64,000 bases of DNA from Heptranchias perlo (taxonomy: Eukaryota). The notes beneath the pieces were generated by a model. It was given only the letters and a program-made list of their open reading frames with translations, did no database searches and was not told where the DNA came from. The first letter of the stretch is position 1. Each line of letters begins with the position of its first letter. The DNA lies in assembly GCF_035084215.1 (NCBI RefSeq), contig NC_090336.1:12462001-12526000 (forward strand), given 5' to 3'. Made by a program: the position numbers and the translations under genes. Positions 13,782 to 27,664 of the stretch are shown here, piece by piece.

Positions 13782-13880
13782 CTGCCACCTCCACAATTTG
13801 GCATCTTGCAATGTCGTAGTACGGGTCATCCCACTTCAGATTAGAGGGAGGATCAACAATTTCAGGTGTGCAGTCTTTAT
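13782..13880 (-). CDS. ARHGAP1: ARHGAP1 coding exon 2
   Basis: 99 nt, AG/GT bounded, phase 1-1: DKDCTPEIVDPPSNLKWDDPYYDIARCQIVEVAG (conserved LKWDDPYYDIAR). Confidence 0.95.
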
Positions 13881-13912
13881 CTAGTTGAAATTAAGAGAAC
13901 AATATTTAAGGA

Positions 13913-15860
13913 TATAAGAAATAGGAGCAGGAGTAGGCCATACGGATCCTCGAGCTTGTTCTGCCTTTCAATAAGATCATGGCTGATCTTCGACTTCAAC
14001 TCCACTTTCCCGCTCAATCCCTATATCCCTTGATTCCCTTAGAGTCCAAAAATCTATTGATCTCAATCTTAAATGTACTCTCTGACTGAGCATCCACAGC
14101 CCTCTGGGGTAGAGAATTCCAAAGATTCACAACCCTCTGAGTGAAGAAATTTCTCCTCATCTCGGTCCTAAACGGCCAACCCCTTATCCTGAGGCTATGA
14201 CCCCTGGTTCTAGACTCTCCAGCCAGGGGAAACAGCCTCTCAGTATCTATCCTGTCAATCCCTCTAAGAATTTAATATGTTTCAATGAGATCATCTCTCA
14301 TTCTTCTAAACTCCAGAGAACATAGGCCCATTTTTCTCAACCCTCTCATTCCAGGAATCATTCTAGTGAATGTTCATTGCACCACCTCTAAGACAAGTAT
14401 ATCCTCCTTAGGTGTGGTCTCACCAGAGCCCTATATAATTGCAACAAGGCCTTATACTCCAACCCCCTTGCAATAAAGGTTAACATATCATTTGCCTTCC
14501 TAATTGCTTGCTGAACCTGCATGTTAACTTTCTGTGATTCATGTACAAGGACATGCAAATCCCTCTGAATACCAACATTTCTTAGTCTCTCACCTTTTAA
14601 AAAATATTCTGCTTTTCTATTCTTCCTAACAAAGTGAATAACCCCACATTATACTCCATCTGCCACCTTCTCGCCCAGTCACTGAACTTGTCTATATCCC
14701 TTTGCAGCCTCTTTGTGTCCTCCTCATAGCTTACTTTCCCACCTAGCTTTGTATCGTCAACAAACCTGGATACATTACACTCGGTCCCTTCATTTAAGTC
14801 ATTGACATATATTGTAAACGGCTGAGGCCCAAGCACTGATCCTTGCAGCACCCCACTAGTTACAACCTGCCAACCCAAAAATGACCCTTTTATTCCTACT
14901 CTCTGTTTTCTGTCTGTTAGCCAATCCTCAATCCACGCTAATATATTACCCCCAATCTTGTGTAACAAACTTATGCGGCACCTTATCGAATGCCTTTTGA
15001 AAATACAAATATACTACATCCACCAGTTCCCCCTTATCTACCCTGCTACTTACACCCTCAGAAAACTCAGATTTGTCAAACACGATTTCCCTTTCATAAA
15101 ACTGTGTTGACTCTGCCTACTCATATTATGATTTCCTAATATCTGTTACTACGTCCTTAATAATAGATTCTTCTAGCATTTTCCCTACTACTGATGTCAG
15201 GTTAACTGGCCTATAGTTCCCTGTTTACTCTCTCCTTTCTTGAATAGTGGGGTCACATTTGCTACCCACCAATCTACATGGTCCCTTCTAGAATCTAGAG
15301 AATTCTGGAAGATCAAAACCAATGCATCCACTATCTCTGCAGCCACCTATTTTAAAACCTTAGAATGTAGGCCATCAGGTCCAGGGGATTTATCAGCTTT
15401 TAGTCCCATTAGTTTCTCCATTACTTTTTCTTTACTAATCTTAATTACTTTAAGTTCCTCCCTCTCATTAGGCCCTTGGTTCCCCACTATTTCTGGTATG
15501 TTTTTTGTGACATCTACTGTGAAGACAGATATAAAATATTTGTTTTAACGTCTCTGCCATTCCTTATTCCCCATTATAATTTCTCCTGTCTCAGCCTCTA
15601 AGGGACCCACGTTTACTTTTGCTAATCTCTTCCTTTTTACATACTTGTAGAACCTCTTACAATCTGTTTTTATATTTTGTGCTATTTTACTCTCATTCAA
15701 TTTTCTCCCTCTTTCAATTTCTTGACCATCCTTTGCTGATTTCTAAAACCCTCTCAATCCTCAGGCTTACTACTCTTCTTGGCAACATTGTAAGCCTATT
15801 CTTTTAATCTAATACTATCTTTAACTTCTCTAGTTAGCCACGGTTGGATCACTCTTCCCG
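13913..15860 (-). mobile_element. Decayed CR1 LINE ORF2 and tail
   Basis: WLTDRKQRVGIKG...GVLQGSVLGP...FVDDTKLGG RT motifs on the minus strand; tail at 13913-13990. Confidence 0.9.
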
Positions 15861-18800
15861 TGCTGATACATGCTAATTAGCTTAGTCAGCTTAATTTTCT
15901 ACCCCACTTAAATATATATTTGCTTTCGACGCATTAGAGGAAGTGCTGCTGTTATAAGGTCAGGAACTTTATACCGAGCTAAGTGTAGGTAGGTGCTGGA
16001 TAAGTAAAAGCAGGATGAGTTCATACAGATGGCAATTAAGCTGCAAACATCTGTATTGGGTGTTCCTGTACAGTTCCTTGGGGGTTTATTTTAATATCCT
16101 TTTCTTTGCAAGTTGAATTTGACGGACAGGAAATGTGTGCCAGATGTACTGTTTTTATAATATAGAAACGATACATTCGAGATATTTTCTACTCTTCGCA
16201 TGTCATACCTTGATGTTACACACTTGCATATGAAAATTTCATATTCCTAAAACAGCAGCATATCAGGAGAAAATTACCTATTAAAAATGGAGAAACTGAA
16301 GCAAATCACAAAATATTTCTTAAAAATTCTAAGCTATTTTATGCAAGAACAGAAATTTCTAATTTTGAAAATACGGTAACAATGAAGTCATAATAAAATA
16401 CACATTTTACAGAATGATTGAACTTACCTTTAAACCAACCTGTGTCTTTAAATACCTTCATCGGTGTTTTTATTCGGAGGCCTCAAAAAGGTTGAGTTGA
16501 AATTCATATTCTTTCCAGAGCTATTAGTCTGTCAGCTCAAAAAAGATAATAACTGCACCTGGGCCTGCAATTCCAGAGCATGTGCAGTACAGACAACCTC
16601 CCACCCAGCCTGCCTCAGTATGATTCTCCGTGCAACAGCTCTAGACTTTCCTCAGCCTATGACAGTATTGTCATTATTTGGTTTTCCCAAATGATCTCAA
16701 AATAAATTGGAACATGAACTTTATAACCTTTGAGGTATAGTTTGACAGGAATGCTATTTGCAATTACTTATTTCAAAAAACTGTAGGTGAGGCAGAGATA
16801 GACACACAGACGGATGATAACAACACCTGCCTTTTTGTTTATGCTGAGATTTTGGAAACAACCAACGTTCAAACATTTATGAATCACAGATCCGTAAATA
16901 CATTTTTGTGCAAGTTTCTTAAAGGAAAAATTTACAGGGCTATGGGGAAAGAGCAGGGGAGTGAGACTAATTGATTAGCTCTTTCAAAGAGCCAGCACAG
17001 TCACGATGGGCCAAATGGCCTCCTTCTGTGCCGTACAATTCGATGAATGGTTATTTCCAAATTCTCCTTATAAACCAAAAATAGGCAGGTGCAGTGATCA
17101 TGGCTGCAGTGGGTAAGCAAAACACTAATTATTTTCAAGGAATGAAAAACATTTGCTGTAGTCACTGGGCAGAACTCTTACAAATTCTTTCATCGCCGAT
17201 GTGCACTCCTCCCCCATTTTCACATCGCTGCAAGACCCCCCTCCTTGCAACAGCTTACCCACTGACTCATCATGAGCAATATCATGGAGATCTGCTAGTG
17301 TCTTAAATACAAACAGAATACTGAGAATCAAACCTCAGTAATTCAAACCTGTGCCTGTTAGAAGATTGTTTTCCGACTGAAGATTGATCATATCGAGGCT
17401 TGAAAGTTCATCAGAAATAAGAGGTTAGTAACTGAGTGTTAAATGGAGGTTGGAAGACATCTCAAGCTTTAGAAAGTTAGTACGGTTTAGCTGTAATTAG
17501 TCACATCACTTACTGCAGTCTCCTGGAGCTTGCTAGATTGCCTTCAGGGGTCAGGGAAAAATTTCTCAGTCTTTTCCTAAACTGAAGTTTTTTTTGTTCC
17601 TCTTTTCTTTCTGCCTCTCCCCGGAGATTGCATTGCTTGGGAGTGGAGGGGGTGGGGGGGGTTGACATTGCATGTAGGCTGCACTGTGTCTGGATGACAC
17701 ATGGTAGATGTTCCATTTGGTCATTTCCTGTCCTTTATGTCCAGATAGAGCGCAAATATCAGGGCAGCAAGTTCTTAAAATAACTCTAACCTTTTTACTC
17801 CTCCAGGTAATGACTCTTGCTGGGGTGCGATTCCTTGAGTGCTGCAGCCTCCAGTACTATGCCATAGTAGCTACTCTTCGTGTCTTAAGCCCAGACAGTA
17901 GGTGTTGACAGGCTACTGACCATGGAGGGCAGCTGAACCCAATCCTATTCTCATCCGGCACACAAGTATGGGCGTTCGCCAGGAGACATCACTGGACAGT
18001 GAGCAAGACGAGGAACCCTGACTAATAATCTCCCCTCCTTGCTCCCGGATTCTCAGACCGATTGTATTACTACAACTACTGCCTGTCTGAAATCAGTTAA
18101 CTTGAACCTGGGGACTTTATTTCGACCTGCATGGCTCCTGAGCTGTGCCCTTAACCCACCAAGGAAACAAGCGCAGCTCCAGTTTTATCGTTATTTTAAA
18201 TAAACCTCAGTTGGAGTCCCACACAATACCGTGACTTACTTTGCCCAGGAAGGCTGAAATGGATGGTCTTGCGTGCCTTCATGGTCGCGATCAAAATCAC
18301 TTCTGGCTTGGTTGCTCAAAACAGCTGATCTTCAGAGGCCTTAATATTGTTTTATTTACAAACCTAAAATCTTAATTCTCTTATTGAGCTCTCACAAGCC
18401 CCTCTTAAAATGAGCTGAAATGACTATTCTTACCTGGTTCCTTCTTCCCCGAGAAGCTGCGTTTGCGCAAAAAGGTGCAAAATATACAGTCAAATAGCAT
18501 TCTACTGCTGGGGGGTGGTACCTTAGGGACTCAAGTCACTATAGGATTGGTCACCAAGACTGACCGACAGCCTGAGGAGCCAATCGGGGATGGATACACG
18601 CTGGTGATGTCACAAAAGGCAAAATCTGCCTGTGCTTCTCAATTCTGGCCCAAAAGTGTAAAGTTGGGAGTGAGAAATACTTTAAACAGGTTAGAATTGG
18701 AGATAAAAGACAGCCTTCCATCACCATTAGAAAAGTAAGGTAATTGAGGACAGAATTAAAGGCTAAATTAAAATTAAGATTTAACATGCCTTTGGATCAT

Positions 18801-20971
18801 ACAATTTAGGTAAATACCATAGGTTAAATGAGTAAAAATGTTGAACCGATCCAAAGGAATCCACATTAGGGAGCATACCTACTGTAAGGTCCTTAATAAG
18901 GGGTCTTGGGTGTTGATTTATTAAAATCTGGGGTTAAACGCAGGTTAAATTGCACAAAATTCTTTGAAGACTGTTTAGAAATTGCAAATTATTGCCTAGA
19001 AACTCGCATATTTAATAGGACATTTGATAAGTGCTCTTTCTGACTGTTGAAAATTTTCATATACTGCCCTTCATCTCTCCTTATTATAACCTGTGCATTT
19101 CCTATCATTTTTCTTTTGATTTAATTTGACCTACTTTATGATCAACTAGCATGCCAACACTCATTGGCACCCATCAATCCATACCCAGCAGGAGCTGCAC
19201 CTTCGGGAGAGAAAGTCGGGATGGGGGAGGGCTGGCTGACTGGGGAGAGCAAGGATATTTTACAGTGGAAGTTCCTTCCCTCTCCCCTCCACTGTATTGT
19301 TGTTCTTTAAGCAACAACTTGGCTTTTATAAGTTGCTCTGAACCCGTGCAGCTTTCTCAGGTCAATGTTCCTGTGTACACGTAGATGGCCAGGCCATTGT
19401 AACCCAGGCTTAACATAAAGCTGGATTGTAGTTTGGAAGCTAGGCATGGGGACAGTGAGATTGTGGTCCATGTGGGGGCACTGGATCTTGGCAAAGGTTG
19501 ATGTTAGATTGTGGGTCTGGGAAGGCTGGGTATGGGGACGATGGGCTTCGGAAAAGTGAGGTTAGGGCAATGGAGTTGGGACTGTATGCAGCGGACATAG
19601 GTGTGGGGAGGAATGTTCAGCTGGAGGCTGTAGGGTTGTGTGGTGGGGGGAGTTGCAGGTTGAAGTGTAGAGATCAGAATGTGGGAACAGCAGGACCAAG
19701 GCTGGGGTCTGTGTAACTAGGAAGTACCTTATCGAATTTAGCATTGTGATTCCTCACAGGGTTGAGTACTTTTGGAGTGAGACCTGGTTCAGTGGGTTAT
19801 ATCCTCCAAGCTTCAAAGCCAATATCTTGCATTACTGAGTTGCCCAGAGGTGAGGGAGAGTGTGCGTCAGCGATTAATACAAGAGATAGCGGGTCTCCCC
19901 CTATGTTTGCTTTTATAATGTGGAATCCACTCTTCCCCCAAAAAGGTTGAAAGTGGCTCCTTGCCATCCGTGGAATTTGAGGCTCCAGCAGCATCTACGT
20001 TTCCTGCAGAAAGGGTCATCATCCTCCGCCCAACTCCCAAGTTCCAGAAGAACAAGACCCTCCTATTTTCTATCTATTGCCCACAACCTCAACAGGATCT
20101 CTCCATTTCCACACCCCTTCAACAAGGTGTCTCTCACTCCATCCCTCCAAACAAGATTTCGCTCTCTGATGCCTTTGCCCCACCCCCAAACCAGACCTCT
20201 CTCATTCTTTCTTCTCCCCCTTTGACCTAGGTCTCTCTCCTTTCTGAAACCTGTCATAAACTGGATAGCCCAGTGGTGAAGGATAAAATACTAGAGCCTG
20301 ATCTTCAGTTGCTTCCAAGCCTTTATTCACAGATCCACATTACACACACACCACATCCTAGATCAGCTTTCTTATAAATGGATGCAAGAGTCCCCAACTG
20401 ATACGCACCACCTGAATATAATTAACACTAATTGATATAAATCACATGGATACAATTAACAAAACCGTCCTCACAACAGAATCGTTTTCCCTCTCCTCTC
20501 TTCCCGAGGCAGAATGAGGGCATGGTTGTGGAGTGGGTACCCACCCTCATTCTTTTGAGGAGTGGGGGTAAATGGTAAGCAGAGCATCCCACGTGCCATG
20601 GCCAAGAGAAGGGCCCAAGTGGCTGCTGGGTTCAAAAGGAAGGCCATGATGTGAGAGCAATTCAGCAGTAGGCAGTGTTTTGGGGGAGAAAGTAAAAAAG
20701 GTGGCCATTACTACGCTGTGCTCTTCTGTAACACTGCACATTCCAGGGGTGACTTCAATGGATAAGAATATTGGGCGCGATGCAAAATGGACTGCCGATT
20801 CACCATCAGCCAATTTTACACTACCACCATTGACCAATTCCAGCTTCTCCATCTCCTTTAAGGATAAGATTTAAGGATAGCTCTGGCAATTATGTGGTAG
20901 TTAGAGCTCAGCACTCAGCTTCTACACTGACTCTGCTCCTTAGCAGAAACCTCATCACAGTCGACACTTAC

Positions 20972-21113
20972 CTGACGTTGTTAAGTCATCATCCCTTTCC
21001 ACAGGCCAGGTCTTTTCATCCAGTGGAGAGAGTTTGAGTTGGCCAAGAGCGTTAGAAGTATCATCTGACACCAGATCATCTTGCAAATCCACCAATAGGT
21101 CGGTTGCTGCCAT
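20972..21113 (-). CDS. ARHGAP1: ARHGAP1 first coding exon (whole exon 20972-21127)
   Basis: Encodes MAATDLLVDLQDDLVSDDTSNALGQLKLSPLDEKTWP..., matching the ARHGAP1 N-terminus (human ...ELQDDLTLDDTSEALNQLKLASIDEKNWP). Acceptor tttgtttag, donor gtaagt, ends phase 1. Confidence 0.92.
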
Positions 21114-21984
21114 AGCTGATATTTCACCTAAACAAATTGTAAACAAGATTTACAAAAACGATCTGTTCCAAGTAGACCAGTTCTGACAAAAGTGGAGTTC
21201 TTGTCCTGCATCAAGTAGTTTCTGTGCTTTAGGGAAACCAGTTTCCCAATAACTAGGGTTAAGATAGAAACTGCCTTCCCTTGTCTGGAGGTTAGAGACA
21301 AATTGACAAGGGACCCAGGTCAGGTGGTTTGATCTATAAATTAATCAAGATTCAGAGGCTTTGTTCTGGGTGTTAATCAAAATACACAAATCAAAGAATT
21401 GATAGATATGTAAAAACTAGACAAGGTGGGAACATCCACTTAGCACAGTAAGCTCCATTATGACTTTGGACTTTGTTTGATTGACAGCTCTTTCCCCGGT
21501 GACCTGTGAACTGTTATAACTACTGGCGATTTCTCTTATGTCTTTAGGTCAGTTGCGAATGGCTCATGTGGACGCCATGAGGCGGAGATATAAATTGCAT
21601 TCGCTCATCATCATCACATCTGGAAGTCTACAAAGGACTGTTGCACCCAAAAATCTTGCAAATTATTGGGACTAAGAAACACATTCCAGAGGATATGTTG
21701 ATCTCTGAGGACTGATTCTTTCGTTATCATATTGTATGTAGCAGTTTCTTGGTTTGCCTGTCTGCTTCTCTGTAATATCTTACTTGTTAAATAAATCTAT
21801 TAGTCTTAACATGAACACAATGCTCTGACAGTGTGATATTTACCACCATTGTACCACTAGAGTTAATTATTCCCACTCTGCAAATATAAAAGCACAGGCT
21901 TCAGTTCATAGGATACTCAGCCTGCTTATGCAAACTGATCCTACCTGACGTTGGGAGAAAACCCAAACTTTAAGTCCAGTTGCT

Positions 21985-22385
21985 GGGCCGCTCCAGATGG
22001 TTCAGTGAGTAACTGCAGTGTGGTACTGAGCCACATGGACAAGGAGGTAGGCCCTCCAGTTCAATCTCAGTTTGTGTGACTTAGCTGATCTTAACCAGGC
22101 AGAGATGGGGGTGCTATAACTGGCCTCAGAGTCCTTGGTTGAGGGAGGGAGGGAAAATCAGCCCGAGTTCCCATTCTTGATCACCATCAAGCGCCCCTCT
22201 GCTGGAAAGTGCACGAGTAGGCATGGGAACAGACTCAGCTGTGCTGCCCTTCTCCATTCCCACACTCTGCCAACATTTACTTTCCAGACGCGTACATTAT
22301 TGATTATTTGGATGAGGTACCGGAAGGCTGCCAGCATACATTGAATCACATCCCAGCGAGAGCACCTTCAGGAGAGAGGAAAGTG
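21985..22385 (+). mobile_element. Old unclassified tRNA-headed SINE-like family (best copy)
   Basis: Related degenerate copies at ~2770-3130(+), 3335-3640(+), 4200-4330(+), 7190-7500(-), 10810-11060(-), 17790-18160(-), 23570-23870(-), 44760-45030(+) and 62520-62650(+) share motifs such as agctgatctc, ggaaaatcagcc and ccttcaggagagg. Confidence 0.6.
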
Positions 22386-22444
22386 GCCAATTCAAGCCTT
22401 GGATGAAGGAAGTGGTAACGTTCAATCCTCCGAATAATAAAAGC

Positions 22445-23180
22445 ACTGGCAATATAAACTAAAGGGCACAACTCTAAAAGGAACAGAGAGATCTGGGGGG
22501 GGGTATATGTGCACAAATCATTGATGATGGCATGGCAGGTTGAGAAAGCGGTTAAAAAGCATACAGGATCCTGGGCTTTATAAATAGAGGCGTAGAGTAC
22601 AAAAGTATGGAAGTTATGATAAACCTTTATAAAACACTGGTTCGGCCACAACTGGAGTATTGTGTCCAGATCTGGGCATCGCACTTTAGGAAGGATGTAA
22701 AGGCCTTATAGAGAGGGTGCAGAAGAGATTTATTAGAATGATTCCAGGGATGAGAGACTTTAGTAGATAGACTGGAGAAGTTGGGATTGTTTTCCTTGGA
22801 ACAGAGAAGGTTGAGAGATTTGATAGAGGTGTTCAAAATCATGAAGGGTCTAGACAGAGTAGATAGAGAGAAACTGTTCCCATTGGCTGAAGGGTCAAGA
22901 ACCAGAGGTCATAGATTTAAGATGACTGGCAAAAGAACCAAAGGTGACATGAGGACAAACTTTTTTACACAGCGAGTGGTTAGGATCTGGAATGCACTGC
23001 CCAAGGGGGTGGTGGAGGCAGATTCAATCGTGGCCTGCAAAAGGGAACTGGATAAGTACTTGAAAGGAAAAAATTTGCAGGGCTACGGGGATAGGGCGGG
23101 GGAGTGGGACTAGCTGGATTGCTCTTGCATAGAGCCGGCATGGACTCCATCCGTGTTGTAACCTTTCTAAGATTCAATGA
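22445..23180 (+). mobile_element. CR1 LINE 3' fragment
   Basis: GLFSLEQRRLRDLIEVFKIMKGLDRV...FFTQRVVRIWNALP. Confidence 0.88.
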
Positions 23181-24732
23181 ACTGTGAATGTTATTTGGTT
23201 TTCAGGCCCCAATGAGTGGACCTTTCACTGAGATTAAACACCCACATTTGTGCAGCTTCCAAAACAAGAAGTTTATTACGATGGTAACTTTTTGTTAAAT
23301 GCAGCCTGCAGCAGAATATTCCTTTAACTGAAATTCTGCAAGCCATCTTTTGCACACAGGGTTAAGAATGAACATCAGAATCGTGAGTGTGTCTGAGAGG
23401 GGGATCCGGCTTGAACACAAACAGACACTGAGAAACAGTGTGGATACAGGAAGCAGTAAAGTCAATCACGGATAGGCACCGGAGATACACATTCTTACGC
23501 ACATTGTCTAGAGTTATTTGATTTCTAGACAAACGCCTTCATGATCCACTGTACATTATGTTGCTTGCCCTGAAGGTGCTGTCTCCCTTACTGAAGCAGC
23601 ATCACAACCATTCGCGTGTGAAACATTATTCATACTTAAGATTTGACAGTGAGCTGTTCAACTGTGGACACCACAGCCATGCCCAGTGTCCACAAACCCA
23701 TTCTTCCATTAGGGGCCACTGGATAGTGAATGACTGTAGAGGCCCTGACCAATTTTCCCTTCCCTAACTCAGCACAATGTGGCTATTTGTAACACCCCGG
23801 CTGAGATCAGCTCACACAGCAAAGAACCTGGGACTTTCCTGCCTTTAAGGCTCTAACACAGTGACTTCATCTCCAAAGGAGCCCCGCTTCAACATTCCTA
23901 CCATTGCTGTTCTGGGGACGTAGACAACATTTTTTGTAAAACAGACAACTTGTCGGAAAAATTACCAGGGATTCAGGAGTATGCGAACTTTGTGCAGACA
24001 CCAATGATTGTTTGGGTCCAAGCTACATTTTAGGCCTGTGCAAAGCCAAAGGTTGCTTTGCAGCTTCAACGTGACAGGGCCTCGGTGCTGATCTCACCTC
24101 GAATGCATGGTTGCCAACCGCTAGATTTTTGAGTGAGCAGCCAGACATTCTGGCCCCTGCCCACACTACCCGCGAGGTGCTGAAACCGTTCACTAATTTC
24201 GGAACTGTTAAAGTCGCCACTCAACACTCTAGGCAAATCGGCCAGAGCCAGGTATGCTATTTTTTGGAGCACAGGGAACGTGGTAGACAGTTATGTGAGT
24301 GAAACCAGTGAATCAAAACTAGTGATAGCACCTGTTCATCAACGGGAAGCTGTAGAAAGGGGGAAATCACAGCCTATATATGTACATACCAAGACACAGG
24401 AAAATGACTGATGTTCCAGTGTACTGCATGTATTCTGATCTGATCCTCGTGTGCGTATGAGGAGGGAAGGAACATGGGTTAAAGACAGGAATTCCAAAGG
24501 TGGAGTTTGAGGTCAACTTAAAAGCGTCCAACAGCTGAAATCAGGGAACATTCCCAAAGAGTTGCTCTAGCCAAAGGCAAAGGAGAAGAAGAAGAAGAAG
24601 AAGAAAAGGTCAAGATGTGACCATCTAACTAGGAAGCATAAAGCTGATATAGGTTATAAGGTACTTATTCAACATAAATTTTTACCTGCAGCTTGGCCTT
24701 TAAACAGTGAAAACTAGAATTTCATTCTCAGC

Positions 24733-25140
24733 TGAGGCTCAGTGGTAGCACTCTCGCCTCTGAGTCAGAAGGTTGTGGATTCAAGCCCCACTCCAGAGAC
24801 TTGAGCACAAAATCCAGGCTGACACTCCACTGCAGTACTGAGGGATTGCTGCACTGTTGGATGAGATGTTAAACCGAGGCCCTGTCTGCCCCCTCAGGTG
24901 GACGTAAAAGATCCCATGGTACTATTTCGAAGACGAGCAGGGGAGTTTTTCCCCCCCCCCCGTGTCCTGGCCAATATTTATCCCTCAACCAACCACAAAC
25001 AGATTATCTGATGATTGCCGTTTGTGGGACCTTGTTGTGCGCAAATTGGCTGCAAAGTTTCCCTACATTACATCAGTGACGATACTTAATTGGTTGTAAA
25101 GTGCTTTGGGCATTTTGAGGTTACGAAAGGCGCTATAATC
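24733..25140 (+). mobile_element. Deu-domain SINE (SacSINE1/AmnSINE-like)
   Basis: tRNA-like head ggctcagtggtagcactctcgcctctgagtcagaagg, central gatgttaaaccgagg...aaaagatcccatgg, L2-like tail aaaggcgctata. Confidence 0.8.
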
Positions 25141-26754
25141 TGATTGCGATTAAACATTGTGTTATGCAAGCATTCTCTGATCGGCACCAGGGGAAAAGTA
25201 CAAACAAAAAGCCCAATTTTCAACGATGACAAAAGGTGAAAAATCTTGTCAAGCATTTTATTTGGAAAGGGTCTATTGTATTCCTCGGAAAAGATTACCT
25301 TGGTATATTTTTTGACAAGTCGCAGCCAGGAGGCTGGGATTATCTAGACCATAAACTGCTCTATAGGAGTCAACAATTCCGGAGTGGGTGTCTGGAACAG
25401 ACTGCCCTCTAAATTTAGTACAGGTGCGAGTAAGAACTATAACAGAATACTGATTTAGCAAAATATAGTTCAACTGATTTATTACATACATGCTATTAAA
25501 CCCATTGAAGGTATCCAGTCATTAGCCAAAATATAGTATACTGCTGATTAAATTATTACTGTAATAAGACACTTTGGAATTATACATTTGTCACTTAAGA
25601 TATCAACATTTCACTTAAGTATCTTTGGACACAGAACAAAAGGAGCATTTAAAACAAAATAGAGGTTAACGTAAAATTCCCCAAAAAAGGAGATAACCAT
25701 GAGAACGTAGCACAGCCTGTGAATCAGAAGTTTTATTAATCACTCTCTGACCAAGATGGTCACGTAGTGGCAAATTATGTTCACTCAGCTAAAGATTGCT
25801 GAGTTGACTTAAACTGACGGTTAGGACATGGTTCTTTTACATTATTTGTTGTCAAATGAGCTCACCTAGACTTCAATGCATTAAAAAGGGGGGGGGGGGG
25901 GGAAGAAGAAAAGGAGAACAACTAGCACGGGACAAAAATCCTCCAGAATAAAGTGCTTTTGGCTTCAATGCTGAATCATTGGTGCATTTTCCAGCACCTT
26001 GAAGTGCACAAAGTGTGAAAAATCTAAATTTTACATCAACACAGTTCACTTCACCATTCAACAATTTCTACATTGATCTCTTGAAAAATGTCACTTTTTC
26101 AGTAATTTATTTTATCCTTATAATACAACTGATGGTATGGTATCACTGTAGCTTAAGTTATGACAAGTTAATGTCCCACTACATTCCTGTGTAACTACTT
26201 TGCATATGTCATACACAAGGGCATTGGGCTTCAGTTTTCTGATTGTAGAGGGTGATCCCAAAACACTGATAAAATATCCTGAAATCCAATGTAATAAAAA
26301 GGATTTTAACTTATTCAATCATCTTGAAGCAGTGGTCTTGGTCACGGGCCTTTATTCAGGGCTGATTTTATTTTAGTTCCACGTTTGTTTGGTTTTTTTT
26401 GAGTTGTCAGCTTTTCCGGGGCTGCATCATTTTTTTTTGATGCTAGTCATCAGCTTTTCCTCGATTTGTCGGTTTTCATGGGTGCCAAGACCACAGCAGA
26501 TCTCGGGTATATCGCCCACAAAAATATAGGAAGTTGGGAGGGGGAAAACAGAGGAAATGTTGACTCCAGACCATTTGATGCAGGAAACTAATACAGACGA
26601 GAGCTCAATATTATCAGTTAGACTAATAGTCTGTAAAAACAGGCTACATTGTCCAGCCCAGCTAAAACAAGGCTGATCAGATAGGAATCTTATTTTATGT
26701 TACATACATGTTTCTCATATACTGTCATGCAACATAGTATCATATACTGTCATG

Positions 26755-27115
26755 CAACATAGTAAACATCCCAAGGCGCTTCTCAGGAGCGTAATCAGAC
26801 AAAATTTGACACCGAGCCATAGAAGGAGATATTAGGACAGATAACCAAAAAGCTTGGTCAAAGAGATAGGTTTTAAGGAGCGTCTTAAAGAAGGAGAGAG
26901 AGGTAGAGAGGTGGAGAGGATTAAGGAAGGGAATTCCAGAGCTTAGGGCCGAGGCAGCTGAAGACACGGCCGCCAATGGTGGGGCGAAGGAAATCGGGGT
27001 TGCGCAAGAGGCCAGAATTGGAGGAACGCGGAGATCTCGGAGGGTTGGAGGAGGTTACAGAGATAGGGAGGGGTGAGGCCCTGGAGGGGTTTGAAACAAG
27101 GATGAGAAGGGGGAG
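26755..27115 (-). mobile_element. L2-clade LINE 3' fragment
   Basis: PTIGGRVFSCLGPKLWNSLP on the minus strand. Confidence 0.8.
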
Positions 27116-27292
27116 GGGTGCAGGAGGTTGGGGGGGGGGGGAAAGAGGGGGGGGGGGGAAAGAGGGGGGGGGGCGGGATGAGCGCCACAGTGCAGCCTCT
27201 GTAAACAGCGATGCGGGTGGGGCAAAGCCTCCCCTCTCTCTCTCAATCCCCAACTCACGGGCCCTGATCCCGATATGGCCGCTGCCGTCACT

Positions 27293-27469
27293 CCCCCCCG
27301 CGCGCCCCCGACCCCCCCGCGCGCCCCCGGACCCCCCCCCCGCGCGTCCCCGCGCGCCCCCGGACCCCCCGCGCGCCCCCGGACCCCCGCGCGCCCCCGG
27401 ACCCCCCCGCGCGCCCCCGGACCCCCCGCGCGCCCCCGGACTCCCCCCCCCGCGCGCCCCCGGACTCCC
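27293..27469. repeat. GC-rich minisatellite (~19-22 bp, CCCCCGCGCGCCCCCGGA-type) running into the gap
   Basis: Tandem units directly visible. Confidence 0.9.
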
Positions 27470-27664
27470 NNNNNNNNNNNNNNNNNNNNNNNNNNNNNNN
27501 NNNNNNNNNNNNNNNNNNNNNNNNNNNNNNNNNNNNNNNNNNNNNNNNNNNNNNNNNNNNNNNNNNNNNNNNNNNNNNNNNNNNNNNNNNNNNNNNNNNN
27601 NNNNNNNNNNNNNNNNNNNNNNNNNNNNNNNNNNNNNNNNNNNNNNNNNNNNNNNNNNNNNNNN
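27470..27664. other. Assembly gap (N run)
   Basis: Run of n characters. Confidence 1.

Noticed and set aside
16428-16439. Possible 12-nt microexon with a perfect gtaagt donor
   Set aside because: The acceptor lacks a pyrimidine tract and no upstream ATG frame is compatible; too weak to call.
19380-20240. Possible ancient retroelement coding remnant
   Set aside because: Only faint motif resemblance; cannot be assigned without a profile search.
24733-24800. tRNA genes (also 13000-13065, 48165-48250, 62090-62170)
   Set aside because: Only A/B-box-like SINE heads, with no complete cloverleaf.
26715-26764. 25-bp tandem duplication at the L2 tail end
   Set aside because: Ordinary slippage or insertion-junction duplication; no further structure.
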